NCBI GenBank assembly: GCA_050250895.1 | Contig: JBFWNU010000002.1 | Span: 823,659 to 887,658, forward strand | Reading direction: 5' to 3' | Source of the DNA: Vulcanimicrobiota bacterium | Lineage (GTDB): Bacteria; Vulcanimicrobiota; Xenobia; Xenobiales; JADMJV01 | Length of the DNA stretch: 64,000 nucleotides | Part shown: positions 1 through 9,826 of the stretch, piece after piece | Layout of the letters: every line of letters starts with the position of its first letter | Numbering within the stretch: position 1 is the stretch's first letter | Notes under the pieces: generated by a model | Seen by the model: the letters and a program-made list of their open reading frames with translations, nothing else | Told to the model about the DNA's origin: nothing | The model's database searches: none | Translations under genes and position numbers: made by a program

Positions 1-222
1 CTGACCTTCTGCCAGGATGCCGCTGGCGATAAAACAACCCTTGCTTGTGAGGCGCACGTGGGACAGGGTAAGACTGACCGGGAATTCTTCGGCCCGGTCG
101 CGCACCAGGCGAAGCCGCACATGGACCAGACCACTGCCCGGATGAGCATCGCAACGAAAGGTGACCTTGTTGTCTTGTTGCTCGATGAAGTCTGCCGAAA
201 CCCTGTGCTTGCGCGCGAACAT
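1..222 (-). CDS. Partial CDS running off the left edge; N-terminus resembles the PilZ protein at 24845-25510
   Basis: Manual translation from ATG at 222: MFARKHRVSADFIEQQDNKVTFRC...LSHVRLTSKGCFIASG. Compare LIERIDNTLVYRC...IEHVRTLPAGGYLCVA in the PilZ protein. Not in the ORF track. Confidence 0.6.
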   Translation of the reverse strand, partial: MFARKHRVSADFIEQQDNKVTFRCDAHPGSGLVHVRLRLVRDRAEEFPVSLTLSHVRLTSKGCFIASGILAEGQ

Positions 223-234
223 AAAGGTTCTAAC

Positions 235-263
235 AGCGTAGCAGAAACTTGGATTTTTTTCAA
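235..263 (-). promoter_or_regulatory. Sigma70-type promoter of the partial CDS
   Basis: Minus strand TTGAAA, 17-nt spacer ending TGC, then TACGCT (extended -10), 12 nt before the ATG at 222. Confidence 0.55.
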
Positions 264-267
264 GTCC

Positions 268-891
268 TCAGAAGTGCCGTTGGGACAGTAGATAATAGAG
301 GATGAATTCGGCGTTGTCGGTCTCGATCTGATTGAGGGTGGCGGCGTCATAGCCAGGGTTGGGCTTGTACCAACCGCGGGAGCGGAAATAACGAGCCAGT
401 TCGGGGTCGACGAAAGGGCGGCCGTGAAACGCCAGGATCTCGTTGCGCATCAAGAGCAATTCCCACACGCTTCGGCCGGCGCAGTCGTCTTCGGTGACCT
501 CGCGCTGCGAGGTCCAGGCCCAGGCCCGCTGGTCGGCGCATTGGGTTGCTTCGGCCAGCTCTTTTGGAGAGAGCGGCCGGCCCAACAAGGGTTGCCACGA
601 CTTCTTGGGCACTCCGTAGACACTCAGAGTGGCGGCGGGGATGGCGGGCGCCGAGACGATGACCTCCCAGCGGTTCTCGAAGCGGTGCATCAAATGTTGG
701 CGCGGGCCAGAGGGATCCTGGCTCATGGCGACCGCCCACATGTCTCGCAACTGGACCGTGCCCAGCTTGCAGTTGGGGTATCTATGGCGAAGGCCCGCCT
801 GGATGTCACTGTGAGAGGCCGCCGTGTCATCGGCCCAGGCCGCCAGTGAGGCGATGAGCAGTAATGTGAATAAGAACGAGCGCCAGCCCAT
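268..891 (-). CDS. Secreted YARHG-domain protein
   Basis: Signal peptide MGWRSFLFTLLLIASLAAWA; C-terminal LMRNEILAFHGRPF..PELARYF...GWYKPN..LNQIETDNAEFI matches the YARHG pattern. Confidence 0.8.
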   Translation of the reverse strand: MGWRSFLFTLLLIASLAAWADDTAASHSDIQAGLRHRYPNCKLGTVQLRDMWAVAMSQDPSGPRQHLMHRFENRWEVIVSAPAIPAATLSVYGVPKKSWQPLLGRPLSPKELAEATQCADQRAWAWTSQREVTEDDCAGRSVWELLLMRNEILAFHGRPFVDPELARYFRSRGWYKPNPGYDAATLNQIETDNAEFILYYLLSQRHF

Positions 892-923
892 GCCGCACGA
901 TTCGGCGCGACGGGTCGTTTGCC

Positions 924-2483
924 CTAGTGGGCCGGCGCCACCGGCCCGTCGACCTCGGCCTTGCGGAGCAGAAAGATGAGCGGAATGCACAGGAAGCACG
1001 CCCAGGCCATGACCGCATAGATGTTGATATAGGCCAGCAAGGCCGCCTGTTGGGACACGGTGGCATAGGTAAGGGCGTCGGCCGCCTGCGGGTTGACGAT
1101 CAGGCCCGAAAGCTGGTGGTGGAAGCTCTGATAAACGGAGTCGTACGGGGTGATGTGCTCGACCAGATAGTTCTGAAAGCGCTGGGCTCCGCGTGCGATG
1201 GCGGTGGTGGACAGGGCGATGCCGATGCCGCCGCCGAGATTGCGCATCAGGTTATAGATACCCGAGGCCATGCTGAAGCGTTCCATCGGCAGGTAAGCGT
1301 TGGCCAGGGTGGTCAAGGGGACGAAGATGAATCCGATACCGACCCCCTGGACGATGTTGGCGCTGGTTACGTTCCAGATCGAGATGTCGAGATTGATGTG
1401 GGACAGGAAGATGTTGGAGAGTCCCAGCAAGAAGAAGCCGAAGCCCACAAAATACCGCCCATCGAAGCGAGCCAGCATCGGCCCGACGATCAGCATGGCG
1501 CAGAGCGCCCCTGCCCCGCGCGGGGCCACGGCCAGGCCAGCGTCAAAGGCCGGGTAGCCGACCAGGTTCTGAAGGAACAACGGCAAGACCGTAACCGAGC
1601 CGTACAGGACCGCCCCGACCACGGTGATGAGAAAGGTGGCGATCGCAAAGTTTCGGTCTTTAAGGATGCTCAACTCGACCACCGGGGCCCCGGTGGTAAA
1701 CTCCCAGTTGAGAAAGAACATCAGGGCGATGGCGAAGACCACGCCCAAAGTGATGATCAGGCTTGACTCGAGCCAGCCTTCTTGCTGGCCCTTGTCCAGC
1801 ATGATTTGCAGGGCCGCGATCCAGATGGCCAGGCTGAAGAAGCCTGGATAGTCCACCTTCGAGCCGGCGCGTTGCGACAAAAAGGGAGGATCCTCGATGA
1901 AGATCAGGGCCATGATGATGGCGATGACCCCCACCGGCAAGTTGATGTAGAAGCTCCAGCGCCAGGTATAGTTATCCGTGATGAAGCCGCCTACGATGGG
2001 ACCGAGGATGGGGGCCACCACCACGCCGACGCCGTAGAAGGCCATGGCTGCTCCTCGCTGGCGAGGCGGAAAGCTCTCGAGCAGAACCGCCTGGGCGGTG
2101 GGCTGCATGGCGCCGCCACCAAAACCCTGCAGGATGCGAGCCACGATCAGCATGTTGAGGCTGGTGGCCGCTCCCGAGAGGACCGAGGCGAAGGTAAAGA
2201 TGATAATGCAGGTGACCAGAAAGCGCTTGCGGCCGAAATTGACGGCCAGCCAGCCCGTCAGCGGCAGGACGATGGCGTTGGCGACCAGATAACTGGTGAT
2301 GGCCCAGGTAGCCTCTTCGGCTGTCGAGGCCATGCTACCGGCGATATGGGGCAGGGCCACGTTGGCAATCGAGGTGTCGAGAATCTCCATGAAGGTGGCC
2401 GACATCACCGCGATCGCGATCAGCCAGGGGTTGTGCTTGGGCCTCCAGGCCTGGGCGTCGGGTGGGGGTGCTACTGCAGCCAT
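924..2483 (-). CDS. emrB: DHA2/EmrB-family MFS multidrug efflux permease
   Basis: ATFMEILDTSIANVALPHI, GRKRF, WRWSFYINLPVG, LDKGQQEGW; many TM segments; start reassigned to MAAVAPP. Confidence 0.9.
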   Translation of the reverse strand: MAAVAPPPDAQAWRPKHNPWLIAIAVMSATFMEILDTSIANVALPHIAGSMASTAEEATWAITSYLVANAIVLPLTGWLAVNFGRKRFLVTCIIIFTFASVLSGAATSLNMLIVARILQGFGGGAMQPTAQAVLLESFPPRQRGAAMAFYGVGVVVAPILGPIVGGFITDNYTWRWSFYINLPVGVIAIIMALIFIEDPPFLSQRAGSKVDYPGFFSLAIWIAALQIMLDKGQQEGWLESSLIITLGVVFAIALMFFLNWEFTTGAPVVELSILKDRNFAIATFLITVVGAVLYGSVTVLPLFLQNLVGYPAFDAGLAVAPRGAGALCAMLIVGPMLARFDGRYFVGFGFFLLGLSNIFLSHINLDISIWNVTSANIVQGVGIGFIFVPLTTLANAYLPMERFSMASGIYNLMRNLGGGIGIALSTTAIARGAQRFQNYLVEHITPYDSVYQSFHHQLSGLIVNPQAADALTYATVSQQAALLAYINIYAVMAWACFLCIPLIFLLRKAEVDGPVAPAH

Positions 2484-3787
2484 ACGGTGGCTTCCACCGA
2501 CATGCCGGGATGCAAAGGCAGTTCCTGGCCCTGAGCGTTGAGCACGATCTTGACCGGAATGCGTTGAACCACTTTCACGAAGTTGCCCGAGGCGTTCTCG
2601 GGGGGTAACAGCGAGAAGATGGCGCCGGTGCCGGGCTGGATGCTCTGGACGCGGCCTTCCAGGTGCTGGTTGGGAAAGGCGTCCACCACCACCTCGACCT
2701 TCTGGTCGACCCGAATCTTTTCCATCTGGGTCTCTTTGAAGTTGGCCACGACCCACAGGTCGCTCTCGTCGACCAGGGCTAGCACCGGGGCTCCGGGGTT
2801 GACCACCTGGCCCGGCTGGACGTTCTTGCGAGCCACCCGGCCGGTGATGGGAGCCACCACCCGGGTGTGGGCCAGGTCGAGTTTGGCTTTGTCGAGCACC
2901 GCTTTGAGGCGCTTGACCTCGGCCTCGGCGGCTTTGACCGAACTCTCGGCCAAGACCACTTGAGTGCGCGTCGTCTCGGCCTTCTCATACTGGCCCTGAG
3001 CCTGGCCGATGCGAGCCTCCATCTCCTCGGCCGAAGCCTTGGCCCGGTCGAGCCCGCGGGCGGCCACCTGGCGACCCGAGCGAGCACTGGCCAGGTTGGC
3101 CTGGGCGGCGTGGACACCCTGACGGGCCTGCTCGACCCGCTTCTGGGCCTCGACGGCAGCCGCCTGGGCCGCCCTGAACTGCTGCTCGGAGATCTCCCGC
3201 TTGGCAAATAGTTGAGCGTAGCGCCTGGAATCTTCGCTCAGGCGGGCGGCCTCGGTCTGCGCGCCTTCGAGGGCGGCCTGATTCTGTTTGATGCCCGATT
3301 GGGCCTGGGCGATGGCTGACGAGGTCTGTTCGAGTTGAGCGGCGGCCACGTCGGCGGCGCGTTGGGCCGAGACGACCTGTTGGCGGCTCACCTCGATAGC
3401 GCTCGAACTCTCGAGCAGACTGGCCTGGCTGGTTTCGCGCGCCAGTTGCACCTGCAGGCGAGCCGTCATCAGTTTGCTCTGGGCGGCGGCCAGTTCGCCT
3501 TCGATCTGATCGACTCGAGCCTGATATTCGCGGGGATCGATCTCGAAGAGCAGGTCGCCCTCTTTGACCGGCTGGTTCTCGACCACGGCCACCTGGGTCA
3601 CCTGACCGCTGACCCGGGCGCTGATGGGGCTAATGGCTCCTTCGATCTGGGCGTTATCGGTGACCTGACGCAGCAGCGAGAGGTGATAGACGTGCAGGCC
3701 GTAGGCGGCTCCGGCGATGATGACGATCAGCATGAGCAGCCAGCCGATCGGGTTGCGGCGGGGCTTGGGTTCTTGTTGCTCACTCAT
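2471..3787 (-). CDS. emrA: EmrA/HlyD-family membrane fusion protein
   Basis: N-terminal TM, TDNAQIEG, long coiled coil, WVVANFKETQ, FSLLPPENASGNFVKVVQRIPVKI. Confidence 0.9.
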   Translation of the reverse strand: MSEQQEPKPRRNPIGWLLMLIVIIAGAAYGLHVYHLSLLRQVTDNAQIEGAISPISARVSGQVTQVAVVENQPVKEGDLLFEIDPREYQARVDQIEGELAAAQSKLMTARLQVQLARETSQASLLESSSAIEVSRQQVVSAQRAADVAAAQLEQTSSAIAQAQSGIKQNQAALEGAQTEAARLSEDSRRYAQLFAKREISEQQFRAAQAAAVEAQKRVEQARQGVHAAQANLASARSGRQVAARGLDRAKASAEEMEARIGQAQGQYEKAETTRTQVVLAESSVKAAEAEVKRLKAVLDKAKLDLAHTRVVAPITGRVARKNVQPGQVVNPGAPVLALVDESDLWVVANFKETQMEKIRVDQKVEVVVDAFPNQHLEGRVQSIQPGTGAIFSLLPPENASGNFVKVVQRIPVKIVLNAQGQELPLHPGMSVEATVWLQ

Positions 3788-5117
3788 CGGTGACACCTCT
3801 CTTGTGAAAAACCTCCAGCAGCATGTCGGGGCGACCCGAGGCCGCCGCCAGCTGGATCAGGGCCAGGTTGTAGCTGGCCAGCGCATCGACCCGCTGCACC
3901 GACAACCTGGTCAGAGCGGCCTGGGAAGACAGCACCTCGATGTTGTTGGTCAGTCCGGCCGAGAAACGGTCCTCGGACATCTCGAGTTCGGTGCGCGCCA
4001 ATTCTACGGCCTGGCCGGCCACCGCGAGCCGGGCCTGGGCCGTGCGCAAGATCGAATAGGCATCCCGCACATCCTTGTCGACCTGGATCGATTGGTCGTC
4101 GCGTTCGAGCCGGGCCTGGGTGACCCGACTTTTGGCCGCCTCGATCTGACCCTCGGTGGCTCCCCCGTCAAACAGGGGCCAGCGCAGATTGATGCCCACC
4201 GCGTGGGTGATGAACGAGTTGTCGAAGGGTGTATTGCCCGAGAACCCCACGTCAGCGGCCACATCGACCGTAGGGGAGTTGTCGGCTTCGGTGGCGTGAA
4301 GGCGGGCTTCGGCCAGCGACAGCTGATAATTTCGCAGGCGCATCTCCAAGCGCTCGGAGCGGGCCATGGCGACGGTCTCTTCTTCGCCGGGGTATGGGTT
4401 GGGAAGTAGCTGCAGCTGGTCGGTGAGCTGCACCCCCGAGGTCAAGGGCAACCCCGTCACCCGCAGTAGCTCGCGCTGAGTGGACCGGACCGCTTCTTCA
4501 TCCTGGGCCAGGGTCAGCCGTTGCTCGGCCAGTCGGGTTTGAGCTCGGGTGACGTCTACGCCGGCGCCGACTCCGGCCTGTTCCTGGTTTTGGGCCAGTT
4601 GCAGCAGCCGTTCAGCCAGGGCGACATCGGCCTGACTGGTGTGCAGCTTCTCTTCGGCCTGCAGGGCATAGATGTAGTCGACAGCCGTCAAGACCGTGAC
4701 GGTGCGCCGGGCCAGCTCGGACTCGGCCTCGCGCAGGTCGCGGCCCAGCGAGGCGGCCTCGACCTCGAAGCCTCGCCTGGGATCAAAGACCTTATAGAGC
4801 AGCTGCAGCCGCGAGTCGAAGCTGTAGAACGGGCCGATCAGGGCTGGAATGGGCAGACCGGGAGCGTCGAATCCCTGGGCCTTAAGGTTGACGGTGCGGT
4901 TGAATTGGCCGACCGTCAAACCTAGCTGGGGGGCGAAGGCGGCGTAGGCAGCCGTCACCGAGCCTTCGGCCTCGCGAATCCGCTCGCGCGACTCGCGGGT
5001 TGTGAGGTTACTTTCCACCGCCCGGGCGATGGCCTCGTCGAGGCCCAGCGCCGTGGGTTCGGCGGCGGCCGTCAGGCTCAGCGCCAGCAGCAGGGCCACG
5101 GCCAGCCAGCCTTTCAT
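3780..5117 (-). CDS. TolC-family outer membrane efflux protein
   Basis: Signal peptide MKGWLAVALLLALSLTAAA, two OEP-like halves, LRWPLFDGG; overlaps marR and emrA (operon). Confidence 0.85.
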   Translation of the reverse strand: MKGWLAVALLLALSLTAAAEPTALGLDEAIARAVESNLTTRESRERIREAEGSVTAAYAAFAPQLGLTVGQFNRTVNLKAQGFDAPGLPIPALIGPFYSFDSRLQLLYKVFDPRRGFEVEAASLGRDLREAESELARRTVTVLTAVDYIYALQAEEKLHTSQADVALAERLLQLAQNQEQAGVGAGVDVTRAQTRLAEQRLTLAQDEEAVRSTQRELLRVTGLPLTSGVQLTDQLQLLPNPYPGEEETVAMARSERLEMRLRNYQLSLAEARLHATEADNSPTVDVAADVGFSGNTPFDNSFITHAVGINLRWPLFDGGATEGQIEAAKSRVTQARLERDDQSIQVDKDVRDAYSILRTAQARLAVAGQAVELARTELEMSEDRFSAGLTNNIEVLSSQAALTRLSVQRVDALASYNLALIQLAAASGRPDMLLEVFHKRGVTDE

Positions 5118-5629
5118 AGCTGGGCCTCGTCGGCCTCGCAGACAGAATAGGCCAGCCGTTTGAGCAAGCTGGTAAGCTTCACCCGCTCGGCCTGTTCCAG
5201 GCCGCTCAGCATGCACTTGCAGAAGCGGTGATAGCGGGGGAAGATCTCGTCGATCAGTTCTTTGCCGGGGGGTAGTAGGACGGCCAGTTTGATGCGCCGA
5301 TCCTGGGAGTGGGGCCGGCGTTCGACCAGGCCTCGACGGGCCAGCCCGTCGATCAGACCGGTAATGTTGGCTGGAGTCTTGAGCAGCAGCGACCCCAGCT
5401 CTTTGAGCGGCACCTCGCCGCGATCTTGCAAAATGGCCAGCACATTGAAGCTGGCCAGAGTGAGGTCTACCTGGGCCAGAGCCGTCGAGAACTGTCGCTC
5501 GAGGCGATCGTGGGCCTGAATGAGCGAGATCAGCAGCCGACTGACGTCGGGATCGAAGTTCGGATCTTCTTTGGCTCTGGTGAGAAAACGAGACTCATAG
5601 TAAGCCTCGCGACGGAGGTCGGGGTCCAT
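5114..5629 (-). CDS. MarR-family transcriptional regulator
   Basis: LTLASFNVL, TPANITGLIDGLARRGLVERRPHSQDRR winged helix; first gene of the efflux operon. Confidence 0.9.
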   Translation of the reverse strand: MDPDLRREAYYESRFLTRAKEDPNFDPDVSRLLISLIQAHDRLERQFSTALAQVDLTLASFNVLAILQDRGEVPLKELGSLLLKTPANITGLIDGLARRGLVERRPHSQDRRIKLAVLLPPGKELIDEIFPRYHRFCKCMLSGLEQAERVKLTSLLKRLAYSVCEADEAQL

Positions 5630-5670
5630 TGTTTAGCCAGTATATATTTAGGGACCTAACTAAACAATGG
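5626..5670. promoter_or_regulatory. Probable MarR operator and promoter of the efflux operon
   Basis: Perfect 11-bp inverted repeat CCATTGTTTAG (5626-5636) / CTAAACAATGG (5660-5670); inner palindrome TTAGG-GA-CCTAA; TATACT -10 on the minus strand 9 nt before the ATG. Confidence 0.6.
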
Positions 5671-5680
5671 TTCAAATGGA

Positions 5681-5878
5681 CTACATCGACAGATAGAGCA
5701 GGGCGGCCGAGCCCAGATTCAGACCCCAGCCGAAATGGCAGTTCTCCAGCATGCGCATCGAGATGAAGGGGCCGGAACGGTCGATTCTCGAGGGAACCTT
5801 GAGGGTGTCGGTGCGCTCGGTGCGAACCGGTTGAGTGGTGCGTTGGGTCCGAAGGGACCGGCGTGATCTGACGTGCAT
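5681..5878 (-). CDS. Small hypothetical protein (65 aa), Arg/Thr-rich N-terminus, hydrophobic C-terminus
   Basis: Strong RBS AGGAGG 5 nt before the ATG; fills the intergenic space. Confidence 0.5.
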   Translation of the reverse strand: MHVRSRRSLRTQRTTQPVRTERTDTLKVPSRIDRSGPFISMRMLENCHFGWGLNLGSAALLYLSM

Positions 5879-5955
5879 GCTAACCTCCTGACGCTAGATT
5901 AGCCGGTCCAACTACACTATCTTTTGGTTTCAGTGTTCACGAAGTGAACAGGATG

Positions 5956-7275
5956 TTACAGATTTGCCTCTGTCTTGTTAACATCGGACTCGAAGACCCT
6001 CCAGGTGCGCCAGAGGGTGGCCAGGCCCAGCGTCCAGATTCCGCAGAGAAAGCCTAGCAATACAGGCTGCGGGCCGTGCAGCCAGCGGGCTACCACGGTC
6101 ACTGTGGCCAGACAGCCAAGAGCCAGATAGGTATTGTGGGCGTTAACGGCCTTGCGATGAGCCCCGTCGAGGATACTTCGAAAGCCGAAGAACCAGGCGT
6201 AAGGCACCACCGTCGGCAGCATCCAGTAGAGGGCATTCGAGGAGGCGGCCAGTTTATGTCCCAGGTAGAGGGTCAGGGCAGGCTTGAGCCCCAGGAAGCC
6301 CACCACCACTCCCAGGCTCATGACGGCGGTGATCCAGCGGAGCAACACCAGGAAGTGCCGGCGCAGATCTTCTCCCTGGCCGGTCCGCAACATGCGGGTC
6401 GACTGGGGAACCAGGATCATGGCCAGCGGATTGACCAGCGCTCCGGCCACCGTCAGCATGGTGCCTCCCAGGGCGATCACCCCGGCCACCTGCAGATCGC
6501 CGAAGTGGCTGGTGAGAGTCACCGGAACGCCGAGCAAGACCGACAGCGCCAGGGCGCCAGGAATGCGCGGGGCGGCGTACTCCCACAAGCGCCTGAGGTG
6601 CACTTCAAAGGCGCCCGGCCCGAGAGGTTCGTCTTCCAGTCTGGGAATGACCTGGCCAAAGAGGGCGATCGAGCTGATCAATAGATAGCCGATGCCGGTC
6701 CAGGCGAAGACCTGGGCCGTGGACTGACCCACCAGGGTGAGCGCCAGCAGGGGAGTCAAACCACTGCCGATGGTGATCAGGCTCGAAGTGGCGATCTCCA
6801 TGCGTCCCAGCAGGAAGTTGGCCGCCAGGGTGGTGGTGCACACGCCCACGAACATCAGGGAAATGGGGGGCACCAGAGCCGCGTGGGCGACATCGCCAAA
6901 GAACAAGAAGGAGACCTGAGCGCTGCACAGGTTGGCCGGTACTACTACCAGCAAAGCGGCCGCTCCCAGCAACACCGCGGCCGCTTTGAAGTAGCCCCGC
7001 TCGCTGTCCTGAGAGTCGGTGCCCCGGGCCGCAACGTGGTGGGTGATGGCCACTCCCAGGCACTGCATCAGGATGGGATAACCGTAAGAGAGCGTGCGCC
7101 GGCCGACGGCATATTCGGCGAACCCCTGCTCGCCCAGGAACTGGTTCGAAAGCCGGTAGGCCAACAGGTTACAGACCAGGATGAACAAGGTCGAGCCGTA
7201 GGTCCAGAGATAGTGCTCGGTCCTGGGCTTGGCGTACTTGTCGTGGCTCGCGCCGTTCACGCTCGTGCATTCCAT
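5956..7275 (-). CDS. Polysaccharide flippase-like (Wzx/MOP superfamily) membrane protein
   Basis: About 12 hydrophobic segments, LGEQGFAEYAV N-terminal motif, MOP-like layout. Confidence 0.6.
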   Translation of the reverse strand: MECTSVNGASHDKYAKPRTEHYLWTYGSTLFILVCNLLAYRLSNQFLGEQGFAEYAVGRRTLSYGYPILMQCLGVAITHHVAARGTDSQDSERGYFKAAAVLLGAAALLVVVPANLCSAQVSFLFFGDVAHAALVPPISLMFVGVCTTTLAANFLLGRMEIATSSLITIGSGLTPLLALTLVGQSTAQVFAWTGIGYLLISSIALFGQVIPRLEDEPLGPGAFEVHLRRLWEYAAPRIPGALALSVLLGVPVTLTSHFGDLQVAGVIALGGTMLTVAGALVNPLAMILVPQSTRMLRTGQGEDLRRHFLVLLRWITAVMSLGVVVGFLGLKPALTLYLGHKLAASSNALYWMLPTVVPYAWFFGFRSILDGAHRKAVNAHNTYLALGCLATVTVVARWLHGPQPVLLGFLCGIWTLGLATLWRTWRVFESDVNKTEANL

Positions 7276-7333
7276 AGGCGCGACCGTTGTTCCCGTTCAG
7301 ACAATTTTCAGCCCGTTGAGCTAGGTTGAGACT

Positions 7334-7846
7334 ATGAGAATCCACGCCTTTACCCCGAACCATCAGGCGGCCAGAAACCAGACCGCTACTCCCGAGCCCG
7401 ACAAGTGGCAGGTCTCGACCGGCTTCATTCCCCGGCTGGGTCACCAGTACCAGGGAGACTATGCCGACCTGAGCGCGATCGCTGACAGAGTCCAGGCGGG
7501 TGAGTTATCGGTTCCCAAAGAGGGACTCAAGGTCTGTCAGAAGGGTTGGCAGCCGGAGCGGGCCGTCGAGTTGCGCCAGCAGGGTCTGGCGGCCGCTGGC
7601 GTCAGCGCGGCTCTGCTGGTAGCCGGCCTGGCCACCGTGGCTCTCAGTTCCAGCCAGGGCGGACAGTTGGGCGGCTTGATGATTTCGCTGATGGGTGGGG
7701 GAGTGGCCGGCGCCGTGAGTGCCGGCAGTCTGATTGCGGCCGACCACTTCGAGCAGGCTCCTCAGATTCGCGACCAGGGCTATGTGGTTCGCACCAATGC
7801 GGGTCTCGTCTATCAGCCTTTCGAGGGGCCTGAGCAAAAGCTCTAG
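7334..7846 (+). CDS. Hypothetical protein with two Gly/Ala-rich hydrophobic helices
   Basis: 170-aa ORF; GLAAAGVSAALLVAGLATVAL and GGLMISLMGGGVAGAV. Confidence 0.6.
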   Translation: MRIHAFTPNHQAARNQTATPEPDKWQVSTGFIPRLGHQYQGDYADLSAIADRVQAGELSVPKEGLKVCQKGWQPERAVELRQQGLAAAGVSAALLVAGLATVALSSSQGGQLGGLMISLMGGGVAGAVSAGSLIAADHFEQAPQIRDQGYVVRTNAGLVYQPFEGPEQKL

Positions 7847-7852
7847 GCCTAG

Positions 7853-9445
7853 CTAGCTCTGCCAGCCGAGACGCCCCTCCTTGGGACCGCTTTCGCGGGG
7901 CACGAAGAGATACGCGATGCCACCCTGCAAGTCGGGACCGCGCACGGCATAGCGCTTGCCCTGACTGGCCAGAGCCGGCTGGGTGAGCGGCCACAATTCT
8001 TGGAATTGACCCACGAAACGAAAGCCGGCGGGCGGTAGCTTTGGTCGCTCGAGCCAGCAAGGCGGCCCCCCCAATCGGGTGCGTGAGGTGAGTTCGTCGA
8101 GGATCTCCATGACCTTCTCGCCGGGTTTGCCCCAGCCCGGGTTTTCTTCGATGGCCTCCCACTCGGTCTCGGACTCGAAAGCCCCCCGCACGGCTCGAGG
8201 AACAGGGTCGGTGTAAGCTTGCCAGCCGGTGATGAACACTTCGGGAAACAGCTTGACAGCGCTGGGTGGCATCGCCTGGCCGAGGCCATGCTGCTCTGGA
8301 TCGAGCAAGATCACTCTATTGGCTCCGCCGTCATATTCTTGCGGGGTACAGCGGGGGTTGCTGCAGACGAACACATAAAGGGTTCGTCCGGCCAGGCCAA
8401 GATCGAGTCGCCCCTGGCGATGGGCCAACTGAAACCAGAAGCTCAAGGCCTTCTGGCACTGGGCGCACTTGGGCCAGTGCTCGGAGGGGAATCGGTCGGG
8501 AAAGCCCCCGAATTTCTCACGGCCGTCGCCCCGGGGGTCGGCTTCGAGGACCGGTAAGAAAAAGGCTGGTGCCTTATCGGTCGCTGGCGTGATGGGGGGC
8601 TTCCAGGACACGACCTCCCAGAGATTGGGCCGGCGCTGGCGACTGTTGCAGGGTGGGAACTCTTTGTTGAGATAGTCTAGCATCGCTTCGGCGCCGGGTG
8701 AGACCCGCACGCCCCGGGCGAGCAAGGCCTCGCGCGAGGCCCGGGCCACATGGTTGTGGGAGCTAAAGTGAAGTGCCTGATTCGTCAGGGCCAGTGCAAA
8801 CTTCTCGAAACCTGCCGAAAAGCAAAGATAGGCGGCCTTGCTCAGGGTCGATGAAGACTGTTCGTATTCATAGATGGCGGCCTGAATCCCGGCCGAACGC
8901 AGCTGCGGCCAGGCCGAAGCCGGCGCCAGGCAACCGGCCTCGAGAGTCAGCCTCTGTCCTTCGAGCGAGACCACCAATTCCAGCCGGCAAGCCGAGCCAT
9001 GAGCGTCGACACTGGCTCGAAACAGAAAACGATTGGGTCCTGTCAGGCGAACCAATTCGGCCTTCTCGTCGCCCAGCGCGGCCTTGACCACGGCGGTGTT
9101 GACGATGCCCTCCTCGAAGACGGGGCGAAACTCGGGGCTAAGGTCGGGTCGGGTGCCCAGCTTCTCGGCCACGACGCTGCGAAAGACATCCAGTTCGAAG
9201 TCCTGCGACTCGCTCCAGGGAACCAGAGCGAAAGCCTCGAGCGAACGGGTGGTGCGGCCCAGGTCGGCCTCGAGTTCGGCCACTAGCTCCCAGCCGTCGC
9301 CCCAGGCGATTTCGTGGGCTTTGCGAAATTCGTGCGGGCGCGCCATCTCGGCCAGGACCGCGCGCAGGCGCTCCAGGGTCTTTTCGGGGTTCGACCGGGC
9401 CGTCTCTTTGGCCGATTCTATCAGCGCTTCCAGGGTTGCCTCCAC
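7853..9445 (-). CDS. Hypothetical protein with a C-terminal DUF1963/YwqG-like domain
   Basis: EKFGGFPD..WPKCAQCQKALSFWFQL, LYVFVC, TRLGGPPCW, GGIAYLF; GAAGGAG RBS before GTG 9445. Confidence 0.6.
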   Translation of the reverse strand: MEATLEALIESAKETARSNPEKTLERLRAVLAEMARPHEFRKAHEIAWGDGWELVAELEADLGRTTRSLEAFALVPWSESQDFELDVFRSVVAEKLGTRPDLSPEFRPVFEEGIVNTAVVKAALGDEKAELVRLTGPNRFLFRASVDAHGSACRLELVVSLEGQRLTLEAGCLAPASAWPQLRSAGIQAAIYEYEQSSSTLSKAAYLCFSAGFEKFALALTNQALHFSSHNHVARASREALLARGVRVSPGAEAMLDYLNKEFPPCNSRQRRPNLWEVVSWKPPITPATDKAPAFFLPVLEADPRGDGREKFGGFPDRFPSEHWPKCAQCQKALSFWFQLAHRQGRLDLGLAGRTLYVFVCSNPRCTPQEYDGGANRVILLDPEQHGLGQAMPPSAVKLFPEVFITGWQAYTDPVPRAVRGAFESETEWEAIEENPGWGKPGEKVMEILDELTSRTRLGGPPCWLERPKLPPAGFRFVGQFQELWPLTQPALASQGKRYAVRGPDLQGGIAYLFVPRESGPKEGRLGWQS

Positions 9446-9447
9446 GG

Positions 9448-9732
9448 CTACTCCTTCCGATAGGGCGAAGCGGGGCCCTGAGGCTGCCCGAGCAGCACCT
9501 TCAAAGCCGGCTCCCAGGCGAAGCGGGCGGCCACGAAGCATTGATGAGGGTCGGGTATCTCCTGGCCATTCGAATCAGAGTCTGGAATGCCCAGTGCCTG
9601 CCGACATTCGGGCGGCTGGACCCAGTTGCGATAGTCTGCATACAGCTCCAGCACGGCGTTCTTCTGCTTGAGTTCTTCTTCGAGCGCGGCTATTCTGGCG
9701 CGCAACTCTTGGGGGCGATCCTGTTCGCTCAC
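9448..9732 (-). CDS. Small hypothetical protein with an N-terminal coiled coil
   Basis: ELRARIAALEEELKQKNAVLELYAD; abuts the next gene. Confidence 0.55.
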   Translation of the reverse strand: MSEQDRPQELRARIAALEEELKQKNAVLELYADYRNWVQPPECRQALGIPDSDSNGQEIPDPHQCFVAARFAWEPALKVLLGQPQGPASPYRKE

Positions 9733-9826
9733 CCGGCCGCCTTCGCTGTAAGGACCCCTGCCCACCTTCTCGGGGCAGGGCTCGGGTCCGAGTCAGAGAA
9801 CCACAGGCGATGGGGGCCACATCGAC

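Noticed and set aside
924-5629. Efflux operon as a novel system
   Set aside because: It is a standard MarR-TolC-EmrA-EmrB arrangement.
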